A DNA stretch of 64,000 nucleotides from Macrostomum lignano. Its lineage: Eukaryota. The DNA lies in NCBI GenBank assembly GCA_002269645.1, contig NIVC01002519.1, positions 1 to 64,000 on the forward strand, read 5' to 3'. The notes under the pieces are model-generated. The model saw only the letters and a list, made by a program, of their open reading frames with translations, did no database searches and was not told where the DNA came from. Every line of letters begins with the position of its first letter. Within the stretch, counting starts at the first letter, position 1. The position numbers and the translations under genes were made by a program. Below are positions 53,274-64,000 of the stretch, piece by piece.

Positions 53274-54236
53274 AAAGAAATACGATACACGCGATTCTAC
53301 GAATCACACTGTCACACTTAACTTTGTAAAATAAACCTGGCAAAACAGGCTCCTTAAGCCTGAGCCAAATTTACTACTACTACTAACTTCTTGAAGTCAA
53401 ACACAGAATATTCGTTGTGATGACAGACGGATGAATGCGTCCTTGCTTGGTGGGTGCAATGCGCCTTAATTTAATTCATATATTTGTAATAAAAGTAATT
53501 AGATTTATTATTTAAACTGGATGGACTTGAATCCTGGAAACTACGCTACAGCCGCTACTCCTACAACTACTACAGCGCCTAGAAGAAAAAACCCTAACAC
53601 CAAACACAGCGCATTCGCGTTTCAAATACGATAGGGATTAACATACAGTAAAACAATAGTAATTAAGTACGTACAGTAAGTATCGCGGAAATAGGAAACT
53701 TACTACTGAATAAATACTGACTAAATAATAACACAATAATATTCAAGAACGCCGGATACATCATAAAAAGTGCGGAGATTCAATTGATACATAAAATTAC
53801 TTTACAATTTTAGGAGCCTGATTTATACTGAACAACCACACGTCCACACCGTCATCATCCCTAATGTATCGACTGCATATCCTTTGCCGAAATGGGCTGC
53901 ACCCTAATTAGGAACTATGAGTAGGCCTATTATGTAAACTTAGTCTTAATCTCATAAGGTGGAGTCCCTAATTGTCCCCTTGCCTGTTTTCTCCTATGTC
54001 CTCTATCATAGGTCCAATTTTTGTAACTTTTTCTGCCAAATTCAGCTTCCTCTAGTGTCACTCTGAGAAAAATGATTTGTGTAGGCCTAATGTGTACACA
54101 GGGAACATATGTTATTTGGGCTCCTCTTTATAAGGGTAAGTTGACAGCCCTTTATTCTTAGAGAATTTTACATTTTGTTGGAAAATTAAAATGGGCCCTA
54201 ACCATTGTTTGAATTACTTTTACACTATCTGTTAGG

Positions 54237-54628
54237 TAGAGGTTGGATGGGATCCCGATCCCAATCACAAAATCTCGGGATCCCAAGAAAAATTAAATTC
54301 CCGCGGGACCAGAATCCCGACCCTAAAAAACTTGAGATTTGGGAATAGGTCTTTCGATTCATAATTTATAGAATTAGGCCCTAGTGATTACTTGAAGGTA
54401 TTTTGCTTTAACTTGTACTTGTTACATTATTTACTTTGTTGGTTACAAAACTTCATATCAATTTTGTTGTGTTTTACTTCTTGATCTTGACAATCTTTTC
54501 TCAATTTTGTTTAACTTTACATGGATAATACACTAAAAGACCTGATCCAAATCCCGATCCCGATCCCAAGAAAAAAATTATTCCCAATCCCGATCCTGCC
54601 CGAAGATTTCAATCTTGTCCGACCTCTT
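54237..54628. mobile_element. hAT-like MITE
   Basis: TIR (T/A)AGAGGT(T/C)GGA; 8-bp TSD CTGTTAGG; subterminal GATCCC repeats. Confidence 0.8.
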
Positions 54629-54814
54629 CTGTTAGGCTAGGCCTACTTCTATTGAATCAATAGCTTGGCCTAGGGGTAGTAAGTCAATTTGCCAGAAGTT
54701 GATTTTCCAAAAGTCAATTTGCCACAAGTTGTTTTGCTAAACAAATAAAGAAATGAAATAGTAAATGTTAGATTTGAAACATTAAAATCCATTGTTTGGA
54801 AGGCAACATGTATG

Positions 54815-55383
54815 CCATAGTCCGGATGGTGTAATGTGGTACGCCGGAAGGAAAAAGGAGGATTCCCAAGTGGTACGCCAGTGGTATGCCAAAAGAAAGA
54901 CGTGGGGGTCCCTTTGAAAATGGTTTCGACTTTGTAAACGGTAAAAATATGGCGGACAAACTTTAACAATTATTAAAAAATAACAGATATAATCAGTGCT
55001 CAGAAATTTATTTACCAATAATACTAGGCTAAATTATTTTATTAATATATTTATAAAATGATTAATCAAGTTATACAATGTAGGAAAAATATATGCAATT
55101 TTTTATGTAAAATACATTGTCGTGTGATGTAGTCGTATCTTGTATGTCCTAATTTACGCAAATTACAAAAAGTTTTTACTCTGGCAACGATTTTTTTGCC
55201 TGGTGGTGCCAATGGTACGCTAAAAGTGGTACGCCAATTCAACTTCAGCTTGGTGGTACGCCAAAGGTGGTACGCCAAATGCTTTTTTGAATCGGTGGTA
55301 CGCCAATGGTGGTACGCCAATTTTCGGAAAACTCATTTGGTACGCCGGAAATCTCGGCATACCAGTCACCTTCCGGAGTATGG
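54815..55383. mobile_element. MITE with 8-bp TSD
   Basis: TIR CCATA(G/C)TCCGGA(T/A)GGTG; TSD CATGTATG; many subterminal GGTACGCC motifs. Confidence 0.8.
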
Positions 55384-56082
55384 CATGTATGCTAGGATCT
55401 AGTAAACTAGTAAAAGAAAGTACTAGGCCTAATATGAAATACTAGGCCTAGGCCCTAATGCTAATAATACTGGGGGCTAATATTAATAGTATTATCTATG
55501 ATTCTATAGGCCTACCCTATATAAATTAAAACTTTATTTATATACAAATTTTGGTCATTTTAGACTCACAAACTGCTCAACCAAATTATTCCAAATGTTG
55601 CACCCACCCTGGCTAAACTCACTATAGGCCTAGAAAATGTTTTAGACTTAGGCTGCCTTAATGAAATTTCTTAAATCCAAGTCTTCCTATCTAAGAATGC
55701 AAAAAACTTTTCAAAATGTGCAATTTTTTCACTAAATCCTCTATAGTGCTGTTGCAGTTTATCAATCATCTTCAAATTTGATATAATTTAAGTTTATACT
55801 ATTTGATGATGCAGTTGTTGTTGTTTACACAAGTAATTAGGTTTCTTGTAGGAAGATATATATTTGTCAAATATTAAAGGTGTGATTGATTTGAAGGCGG
55901 GCTGAGCTGCGGTCTGTATGGGTGCCATAGACTATTAATTGAGTGAGACACAACTGAGTTTGAACTAAAAGCGCAGGCTGCAAATTAAAGGGAAACATTG
56001 GAGGATAAGAATCCAACAGTTGTGAATTGAATAAAATTTGGAGTCTCCAAAGTTAATTAGATTGGTGCTATATACTTTTAAG

Positions 56083-56287
56083 CAGTGGCATAGCCAAGAA
56101 TTTCAATTAGAGGACAGAGTTGGCCTGGCTAGCAATGCCTTATACCACTTATACTTTTGGCATTGTAGGCATTTATTTTAATGTTGTAGGCACTTATTTT
56201 AGTGCCACAGGCACTCAATTGCCTCTTGGTTTTTGGTATCCCCCATGCCTAACCTATTCCTGGCCCTTCTCCCTGGCTATGCCACTG
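56083..56287. mobile_element. Old hAT-like MITE
   Basis: TIR CAGTGGCATAGCCA; the flanks CTTTTAAG and TTTTAAAG form an imperfect 8-bp TSD. Confidence 0.7.
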
Positions 56288-57494
56288 TTTTAAAGTTAAT
56301 CTGCTTTTTACCAACATAGCAACAACCCTAATCTCTGCCTTTCTCTTTTCTTTATTTGTCCAGATATATAAAAAGGGTTTTAAATTGACTAACTTTTGGC
56401 TATTATAAGTTTGCTTTGCTTTATGTAAAGCAATTGATTTCAAACTTGATACAATTCTTCATTGACTTATTATTTGTCTAAATATAAAGTTTGAACTCTC
56501 TTAACTCAATTAGGATAGAAACTAAACATATGAAGTTTGTCTGCTTTTTCTTATATTTGTGTTGCCTTTCTCATTCTTCACAAAAATTTTAGGTAATAGG
56601 GCTGAATATACATAGGTTTAAAATAAAATTTATTTAAAGTCTTCTTTGTACCTCTGTGGAGAGGCTACATTTAGCCATGACCATTTAGTGAAAAATTCTA
56701 ACTGCTATCATCTGTATAGGCAACTCTTTAATAATATATGCCCAACCTCCAAATTTCACCTGTCTGATGCGACTTAGGTTTGTCCACATTTGTGACTTAA
56801 TTCCTCCTGATTGCAACTTAGTTCATCTTATTTGCAACTTAGTTTCCTTGATTGCAACTTAATGTTTACTTTGTATGACTTTTCTTGCCTTTTTTTCTTC
56901 TTTTCTCTTTCTCTTTCTCTCTCCTCTTATCTATCTCTCTCTTTCCCCTTTTTTCTTTTCCTTTTCTTTTCCTCCCCTTTTTTCTTCCCCCAAATTTGGT
57001 TTTTTGCATTTTCAATTTTGTAACTTACCTTGGCTGGTGGCCATTTCACCTGTCTAGTTTGGATGGGTCAGACGGGTGTTGGGCATATATGTCTTTAATG
57101 GTTCAATAGTGGATGGCAAATCAAGGCAATGTAGCATTGGAATAGTTTGTAAAAGTGAAAGATTGATGCAAAAGTAATGCAATTTAATATAATCCTACTA
57201 AATTAGTTACACAATCAAAATTGTAACATTTTAGTTTATAGTTCCTAAATGAAATTTAAATGCCTTCAAAGTAATGTATATTTCCTTCATTGTTAAAATG
57301 CTGCCATGGAGCTAGCAATATACAAATTCCTCTCAGGCTACTAGTTGGCTAGAAAGATAACCTGTTAAAGGGGTTAGCAAATGGCTAAAAAATGCAATAA
57401 CCATCCCACAAACTAAATGGCTTTCAAAGCAGGGATTGGCAAACTTTTATTTCAACTGCCAGACAAAGAGTCTAACTCATGACTGTAGGCTAGA

Positions 57495-58245
57495 TAAAAG
57501 TAGAAAGGAGAGGGAATAGATGTTTAGAAAAGGGAGAAGCAAGAAGAGAGGGTAAAGATAAGAATTGGAGGAGAAAAGGGAGAAGGAGAAGAGATAAGAG
57601 AGTAAAAAGAAAAATATAGAGGAGAAAAGGTAGAGGAGAGAAAAGATAAGAGAGTAGAGATATGCGAGCAGAGTCGAGAAAGAAGCAACAATATAAGAGG
57701 GAAAAGAGATATTATAGTAAAAGGGAAGAAGAGAGAAAACAGAGGAAAGATAAGATAGTAAAGATAAAAGAGATGAAAGAAGAGATGAGAGATTAGGAGA
57801 AAAGAAAGATGAGATGGAAAGAGTAAAGAAGAGAGAAGAGAAGAGAAGAGATGAGAAAGGAAAGAATAGTTAGAAGAGGGGAAGGAAAAGAATACAAAGG
57901 ATAGAGGTAAGAGAACTGATTAGAGAGTAAAGATGATAGAAGAAAAGAGGGAAATGAGAGAACAGAGACAAGAGTGAAAAGATAAGAAGAGAGAAAAAAG
58001 GAAAGACAAGGGAACAATAGAGAGAGAGAGGGGAGAGATAGGAAAAGAAAAAAAGGGGAGAGAAGCAATAAAAAGAGCAGAGACTAAAATAGATAAGGGA
58101 GATAAAAAGAGAAGAGAAGTGTTAAAGCAGAAAGAGAAGAGAGAAGACAAAATGATTCATGATCTAAGTAAAGAAAATAGAGAGGAAAAAGTAGACATGA
58201 GATAAGTTTCAAAGAATCCAAGGAATAGAAAAAGAGACAAAGGCC
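57495..58245. repeat. Purine-rich (GA/A) low-complexity tract
   Basis: Almost pyrimidine-free + strand; source of the Phe/Leu/Ser-rich minus-strand pseudo-ORFs. Confidence 0.9.
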
Positions 58246-58882
58246 AGAGTTTGCCAGCATGTACTTTCAACATAAATTTATAGTTTAGATAGACTCATTC
58301 TGCATGGCACTCCTAGCCAACAAGATCAATGCTTGCCTCAAATCTTAATTTAATAAAAATTTGTATTTTATCTCTATCCTATCTATTAACAAGTTTTTGT
58401 TTGAGTATGACTTTAAATTGTAGATTTTTTCTAAAAATAGTTCTGATAATTGAAGCTCAGCTAGTTTAAAATCCTGGGGTTTCAAAAGCTTATATTCTTA
58501 TATCATAAATAAGGCACTATTAAATACTGATAGAATAAATAAACTATATTATTCTTTTTACATCCTGACTATATTAAAATACATGATATAGGCACTATTG
58601 CTATTGAATTTAATGTAATTAAATGTTGTATAAAGTTATAAGATATAGATATAGATTCAAAATATATGTTATATCTAGGAAACAAAATTAGAATATAATT
58701 TAGCTATAGCTACCAGTATGGATATGGCAAAGTTATAGCTATAATGAATATATGTAATATAGCTTATAGTCATTGTTTTAAAAATGTTTTGATAAAAACT
58801 GCTATAAAATTTGAAATCAAAGCAAAATGTTAATAAATATATTTTGCTTACTGCCAGCCAGCCATTATCTAGTTAAAAAATC

Positions 58883-61847
58883 ATGAGAAGCTTTCTAGAA
58901 TGGACTCACTCTGGTGTGAACTTTAGTCTTGATGGAGCTGGAGGTCCTGGCTGTGTGAATTACCTGACCTGGGGACAAAAAGCTAAAGAGACTATACCTT
59001 GTCTATGTGTGGCTATCATGCAGCTTTGGCTTGGACTGAGCTCAGTTCAAGTTAGACACAAACACAATGCTAATACAGATCCCAGGTTGGGAAAAACATT
59101 GCTACTGCTATTTGGATCCGCACACATATTTGTGTTTGGTATTGAGATTGGTTTCAAGTTATCAACTGGCACTTTGATCTGGCTTTTCAACCCATGCCAT
59201 GTTATTACTATCATTCAGGTACGTGAAATGCACTGTTTAGACTATTGTTAAAATGTAGTAGAAATCTGAGAAACTGAGTTACTAAGTAGATAGGAAATTT
59301 ATTCATAGTGCAAAACTGGATCAGATCATGACAATAATACATTGATTTGGGAACTGTGTTAGATGATGTAGATTATGGGGATTGGGGAACTGGGTTAGAT
59401 GATGGGGATTTGGGAACTGGGTTAGATAATGAGGATTTGGGAGCTGGGTTAGATTATGGGGATTTGGGAACTGGGTTAGATGATGGGGATTTGGGAACTG
59501 GGTTAGATGATAGGGATTTGAGAACTGGGTTAGATAATGGAGATTTAAGAACTTGGTTAGATAATGAGGATTTGGGAACTGGGTTAGATGATGGGGATTT
59601 GAGAACTGGGTTAGATAATGGGGATTTGGGAACTGTGTTAGATAATGGGGATTTGGGAACTGTGTTAGATAATGGGGATTTTGGGAACTGTGTTAGATAA
59701 TGGGGATTTGGGAACTGTGTTAGATAATGGGGATTTGGGAACTGGGTTAGATGATGGGGATTTGGAAACTGGGTTAGATGAAGATGAAAATAGGGATTAA
59801 GGAATCGGGCTGGATGTCGTGGTTGATGATGAGGATGATAAGGATTAAGGAATCGGGCTGGATGATGATGGAGATAATAGGGATTAAGGAATTGGTCTGG
59901 ATGATGAAGATAATAGGAATTGGGCTGGATGATGATGAAGATGATAGGGATTAAGGAATTGGGCTGGATTATGAAGATGATAGGGATTAAGGAATTGGGC
60001 TGGATTATGAAGATGATAGGGATTAAGTAATTGGGCTGGATTATGAAGATGATAGGGATTAAGTAATTGGGCTGGATGAAGATGAAGATGATAGGGATTA
60101 AGGAATTGGGCTGGATTATGAAGATAATAAGAATTGGGCTGGATGATGATGAAGATGATAGGGATTAAGGAATTGGGCTGGATTATGAAGATGATAGGGA
60201 TTAAGGAATTGGGCTGGATTATGAAGATGATAGGGATTAAGGAATTGGGCTGGATTATAAAGCCGATAAAAGACGGTGTAAATATTCTTATGATATGATG
60301 AAAAGACTAGTCCTAAAAGTTGTACCTAAATCTGCGAATTTCGTATCGCTTTGCTCCCACACAGATTACACTATTAATATTGCCAAAGTCTTCACTCTCT
60401 GTTGGCCTGTTCCGGTCAATGATTCATTTATTGAACGGCCCTTTGCTGGCATTGCTACTGCCAGTAGTCAATACTAGGCTTGTAAGTTGATTTCGTATAT
60501 ATCAACGGGAGTTTAATTGTTCATATTTTTTAGTATGGTCAACGCTGAATGTTCAAAATTTATCACAATTTTTAGTTGCCTGGCGAAGTGGTTATCTATT
60601 ACTTGCAGCACGTATTGATATTGACAGTTCCGCTTTGTATGCTTCTTACTGGTGAGTTCTGCCTCTCAATTGTTCATTGCATTATTCCATCAGATTTAAA
60701 GTGTTTTTTGATTCAAATAGTTTTATTTGTTTTTTCTTCAGGCAAGTTTACTACGGAACCGCTTCTGGACTTCTCTTGGGTGACACTTTCTCAATCTATG
60801 CAGAGTATTTATCATTTTACTGTGCTCCAACCCATATCGTCTGTGAGTGCTTTATGTACTTTTGTTATCCCTTGTTAGCTATTACTTTGTCCTGAATCCG
60901 CCTTTATCTGCCCCTCTGCAAAAATCGGTCCTTATCCTCCCTGCCCAAAATCGGCCCTTATCATCTGCCCCCTGCCCATAATCGGCCCTTATCTGCCCCC
61001 TGCCCATAATCGGCCCTTATCTGCCCCCCTGCCCAAAATCGGCCCTTATCATCTGCCCCCTGCCCATAATCGGCCCTTATCTGCCCCCTGCCCATAATCG
61101 GCCCTTATCTGCCCCCCCTGCCCATAATCGGCCCTTATCTGCCCCCTGCCCATAATCGGCCCTTATCTGCCCCCCTGCCCATAATCGGCCCTTATCTGCC
61201 CCCTGCCCATATTCGGCCCTTATTTGTCCCTGGCCATATTCGGCCCTTATCTGCCCCCTGCCCATATTCGGGCCTTATCTGCCCCCTGCCCATAATCGGC
61301 CCTTATCTGCCCCCTGCCTATAATCGGCCCTTATCCGCCCCCTCCATGGCAAGAATCGGCCCTCATTCGCCCCCTGTCAAGAATCGGATTTTATCCGCCT
61401 CTGTCAAAAGTCGGCCCTTATCCGCCCCTCCCTATGCCAAGAAAATATCCGCTATCCACCACCGCCAAGCGAACATCAGCTCCATCCGCCATAAAACGTG
61501 ACTATCTATAATTATCACTCCAGCACAATGTCCCCAACCCGCAGGTCACAATGGTTAATCTTGACAGCATATTGTGCCCAGCAATATCCGACCCGTTTCG
61601 AGGCCACCACTACCGCCTGTGGGCGGTATTTCATCAGATGCTACAGGTCACTGTGCAGGGCAAATGTCTTACATGTATTTACCATTTGTTGCTAGTGTTA
61701 TTGGTTATTTCATCCAGATATTCCCGTCATCAGTATGCTAAATTAGAAGATGCTACTACTAGTACTACTAATGCATCGTCTAAAAAAACTGACAATCTGA
61801 CTGCTGCCGATTATCATAATGCTTTAAGCGACAACAAGACCAATTAG
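58883..61847 (+). CDS. TMEM164: Transmembrane protein 164 (putative lipid acyltransferase). Exons 58883-59218, 60365-60481, 60576-60651, 60742-60842, 61545-61847.
   Basis: Family motifs [17 protein letters not shown]...[26 protein letters not shown]|LPGE..YYLQH, TEPL..F.W..YHF.VLQ, and [23 protein letters not shown]. All junctions are GT-AG and phase-consistent. Confidence 0.95.
59345..59785. repeat. 27-bp G-rich minisatellite in TMEM164 intron 1
   Basis: GAT(A/G)ATGGGGATTTGGGAACTG(G/T)GTTA. Confidence 0.95.
59786..60258. repeat. ~36-bp minisatellite in TMEM164 intron 1
   Basis: GATAGGGATTAAGGAATTGGGCTGGATTATGAAGAT. Confidence 0.93.
60893..61440. repeat. 28-30-bp C-rich minisatellite in TMEM164 intron 4
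   Basis: CCCCTGCCCATAATCGGCCCTTATCTGC. Confidence 0.95.
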
Positions 61848-62170
61848 ACTATTTGCCTGTATAAATATCTTACCTAATTTGTCTTACCAAAATATTTATC
61901 CTGTTGGTTTGCTGATAGATTGCTATACTATAAATATGTCACTGGCAAAAAATGCGCCTATCTACTCATCTTCAATAGCAAAATTAGCAATTTTTGCCTT
62001 CATGCTAGTAAAATTTAACAAGATATTTCAAGTATTTCAGTCTGCAGCAGACCCATTCACTTAGCATCTTCATCCTGTTTCAAACTTTACCGTAATCCAG
62101 TACGTATGCACAGCGAGCAAAAAGAGAAAAAGCCAATAAATAGTTTGAGATTTCCTCTTGCCCGCTTGTG

Positions 62171-62595
62171 TCTGACTTTGCCTTCTCTCTCCTTACTGCT
62201 CCCTCATTTAAGAGTCAGATTGGACCTGCCCCCCCCCCTAGGCGTCCGTCTCATTTGACCTCTGTCCTTACTGCTCTCTCATTGGCTGAGCTGATTGGGC
62301 CTGCCCCCTAGGATGAATTTCGCCCGTCTGACTTTGACCTCTCTCCTTACTGCTCTCTCATTGGCTGAGCTGATTGGGCCTGCCCCCTAGGATGAATTTC
62401 GCCCGTCTGACTTTGACCTCTCTCCTTACTGCTCTCTCATTGGCTGAGCTGATTGGGCCTGTCCCCTAGGATGAATTTCGCCCGTCTGACTTTGACCTCT
62501 CTCCTTACTGCTCTCTCATTGGCTGAGCTGATTGGGCTTGCCCCTAGGCAGAGTTTCGTTCCTCTGACTTTGACCTCTCTCCTGTTTCATTGGCT
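62171..62595. repeat. 79-bp tandem repeat, about 4-5 copies, each with two inverted CCAAT boxes
   Basis: Unit starts at 62328, 62407, 62486 and 62564: CTGACTTTGACCTCTCTCCTTACTGCTCTCTCATTGGCTGAGCTGATTGGGCCTGCCCCCTAGGATGAATTTCGCCCGT. Confidence 0.9.
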
Positions 62596-63411
62596 AAGCT
62601 ATATTGATCCTGCATGTCATTTCCAATCTAGGCGCTGTGGTTGCAAACTAGTTAGGATGTAACAAATTCCAGTTATTTTTTAGTCTTCAGGTCCTCTTTC
62701 TATCAGTAGTGCAGGATAAAAAGTTACAATTAACTTACTAATTAGTTGAGGCAAAGGCGAATTTGCTAGCGTATTTCCAACTGCTTCTATTTCTTTCATT
62801 TTTAACTTTTTCATTGATAAAGTTTCATCTCCGCTAGTCAGTTAGCAGATAAAAAAATTGCCTTGATTTATTATGTACATTTGCGTGATTTTTTGGTGTT
62901 GTTTATGATATATGATATGCTGCTGTACCCAGTAAATTTAAATCGGATATTCCCTTCATTGGATATTTATGTTACTCCTGTAGCAGATGGTTGCAACCAT
63001 CTATTATATGTACGTACTTAACTGAAAATTTGCGAGTATCACTTAAAGCAGTTTAATTAGACAAAAATTATGACATGAAGTCACATTGGTACTGTGATGT
63101 ATTTTTCTAATGCAACAGCTGTTTGTTTAGTCAAAGTTTGGGCTTAATTTCTATTCTTATTGGTACTTAATTTTTGTTATGCAAACAAATTTGTCTACAC
63201 ACAGCACGTTTGGTTACACAGTTTCATGTTATAAAATACTAATTATAATTGGATTTTGCGCACGACTTCTTTTTTCTGGGCCATATGTTTCTAATTTTTA
63301 ATGAGAATTCTACTTTGCATCGTAGCCCACCTGCACAAAATTATTCACTTCTTTTAACTTTTCAGTTTTTGTCAAGAAACATGCGTTCTCTTTGTTTTAT
63401 TTCATGGTGGC

Positions 63412-63622
63412 AATCTAGGGAGATCTAGAGAGACAGCTGTGGCCATCTGAGAGTCTAGAGAGACAGCTGTGGCCATCTGAGAGTCTAGAGAGACAGGTGT
63501 GGCCATCTGAGAGTCTAGAGAGACAGCTGTGGCCATCTGAGAGTCTAGAGAGACAGCTGTGGCCATCTGAGAGTCTAGAGAGACAGCTGTGGCCATCTGA
63601 GAGTCTAGAGAGACAGCTGTGA
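63412..63622. repeat. 30-bp minisatellite, about 7 copies
   Basis: GAGTCTAGAGAGACAGCTGTGGCCATCTGA. Confidence 0.95.
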
Positions 63623-63736
63623 CATTATCCCAGCATGAGTCTAGAGAGACAAAAGTACATGTAATACTTTTGCTAATACAAAAATAAGTTCACAACACAC
63701 TCTGATGCATGCCGGGCGAATTCATCAATAGTGATT

Positions 63737-64000
63737 ATGTCAGTACGCAGCAAGCTGGGCCTCATCAGGCGTATGCCTCGGATAGATCTGTACGGCCCCA
63801 GAGCTACCGAACGCTTTGATCCTCAGGGCGAGAGGCACTGGACTAAACGGTATCAATTTGGCGGCAGCGAAGAATGGGGCGAGCGTTGGGGCGAGCGGCA
63901 GAGCTTCCTGCCTATTGGCAATCACGTGCGCAAGATGCCGTTCTATCTGGCCATACCAAGCGAGCCGTACAATGCCGACTGGCTGCACCGGCGGGAGCTA
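63737..64000 (+). CDS. Unidentified protein, partial; open to the window edge
   Basis: GC-rich and open for 88 codons: MSVRSKLGLIRRMPRIDLYGPRATERFDPQGERHWTKRYQFGGSEEWGERWGERQSFLPIGNHVRKMPFYLAIPSEPYNADWLHRREL. It could instead be an internal exon. Confidence 0.5.
   Translation, partial: MSVRSKLGLIRRMPRIDLYGPRATERFDPQGERHWTKRYQFGGSEEWGERWGERQSFLPIGNHVRKMPFYLAIPSEPYNADWLHRREL

Larger units (their letters stand above)
42812..53316 (-). mobile_element. Second solo LTR of the same family, split into four pieces: 42812-43242, 45097-45216, 52526-52574, 53282-53316
   Basis: Joined, the pieces form the inverted counterpart of 40249-40909, including the TGTGAC/GTCACA ends. The flanks do not form a clean TSD. 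Confidence 0.8.

Noticed and set aside
53530-53615. Hydrophobic minus-strand stretch (LCLVLGFFLLGAVVVVGVAAVA) as the ZP gene's signal-peptide exon
   Set aside because: No in-frame ATG without assuming an indel, no phase-1 donor, and it ends in a stop.
58908-58968. Minus-strand exon-like segment with good splice sites ([19 protein letters not shown])
   Set aside because: It is antisense to the well-supported first coding exon of TMEM164.

Overview
This is eukaryotic (metazoan) genomic DNA. It has spliceosomal GT-AG introns, AT-rich intergenic DNA, many short tandem arrays, and Ala/Ser/Gln-rich GC-rich exons. That style suggests a free-living flatworm such as Macrostomum (inference only). Genes I can support: (1) a minus-strand polyQ gene with two exons separated by a 6.7-kb intron that is almost all satellite; (2) an intronless INSM1/Nerfin/EGL-46 zinc-finger gene lacking a SNAG domain; (3) a minus-strand SRCR-SRCR-ZP surface protein whose first exon was not found; (4) a five-exon DUF4806-like gene inside a left-truncated CMC/EnSpm-like transposon; (5) a complete five-exon TMEM164; (6) an unidentified ORF running off the right edge. 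The 39.7-56.3 kb region is a transposon nest that can be reconstructed. A ~650-bp solo LTR has been stretched to 10.5 kb by a THAP-bearing P-family element, a CMC-like element (itself carrying a very young non-autonomous LTR retrotransposon primed by tRNA-Gln) and a P-family foldback MITE. An uninterrupted sister solo LTR 2 kb away shows all three empty sites. The most unusual features are a three-copy ~450-bp non-coding repeat with covarying hairpins, a tandem array of degenerate primer-binding-site copies in the young LTR element, and satellites filling five of the eight mapped introns of genes 1, 3 and 5. Most long ORFs in the supplied track are artefacts of tandem repeats. No CRISPR, rRNA or tRNA genes were found. 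All coordinates and family calls were made by eye, without database searches.
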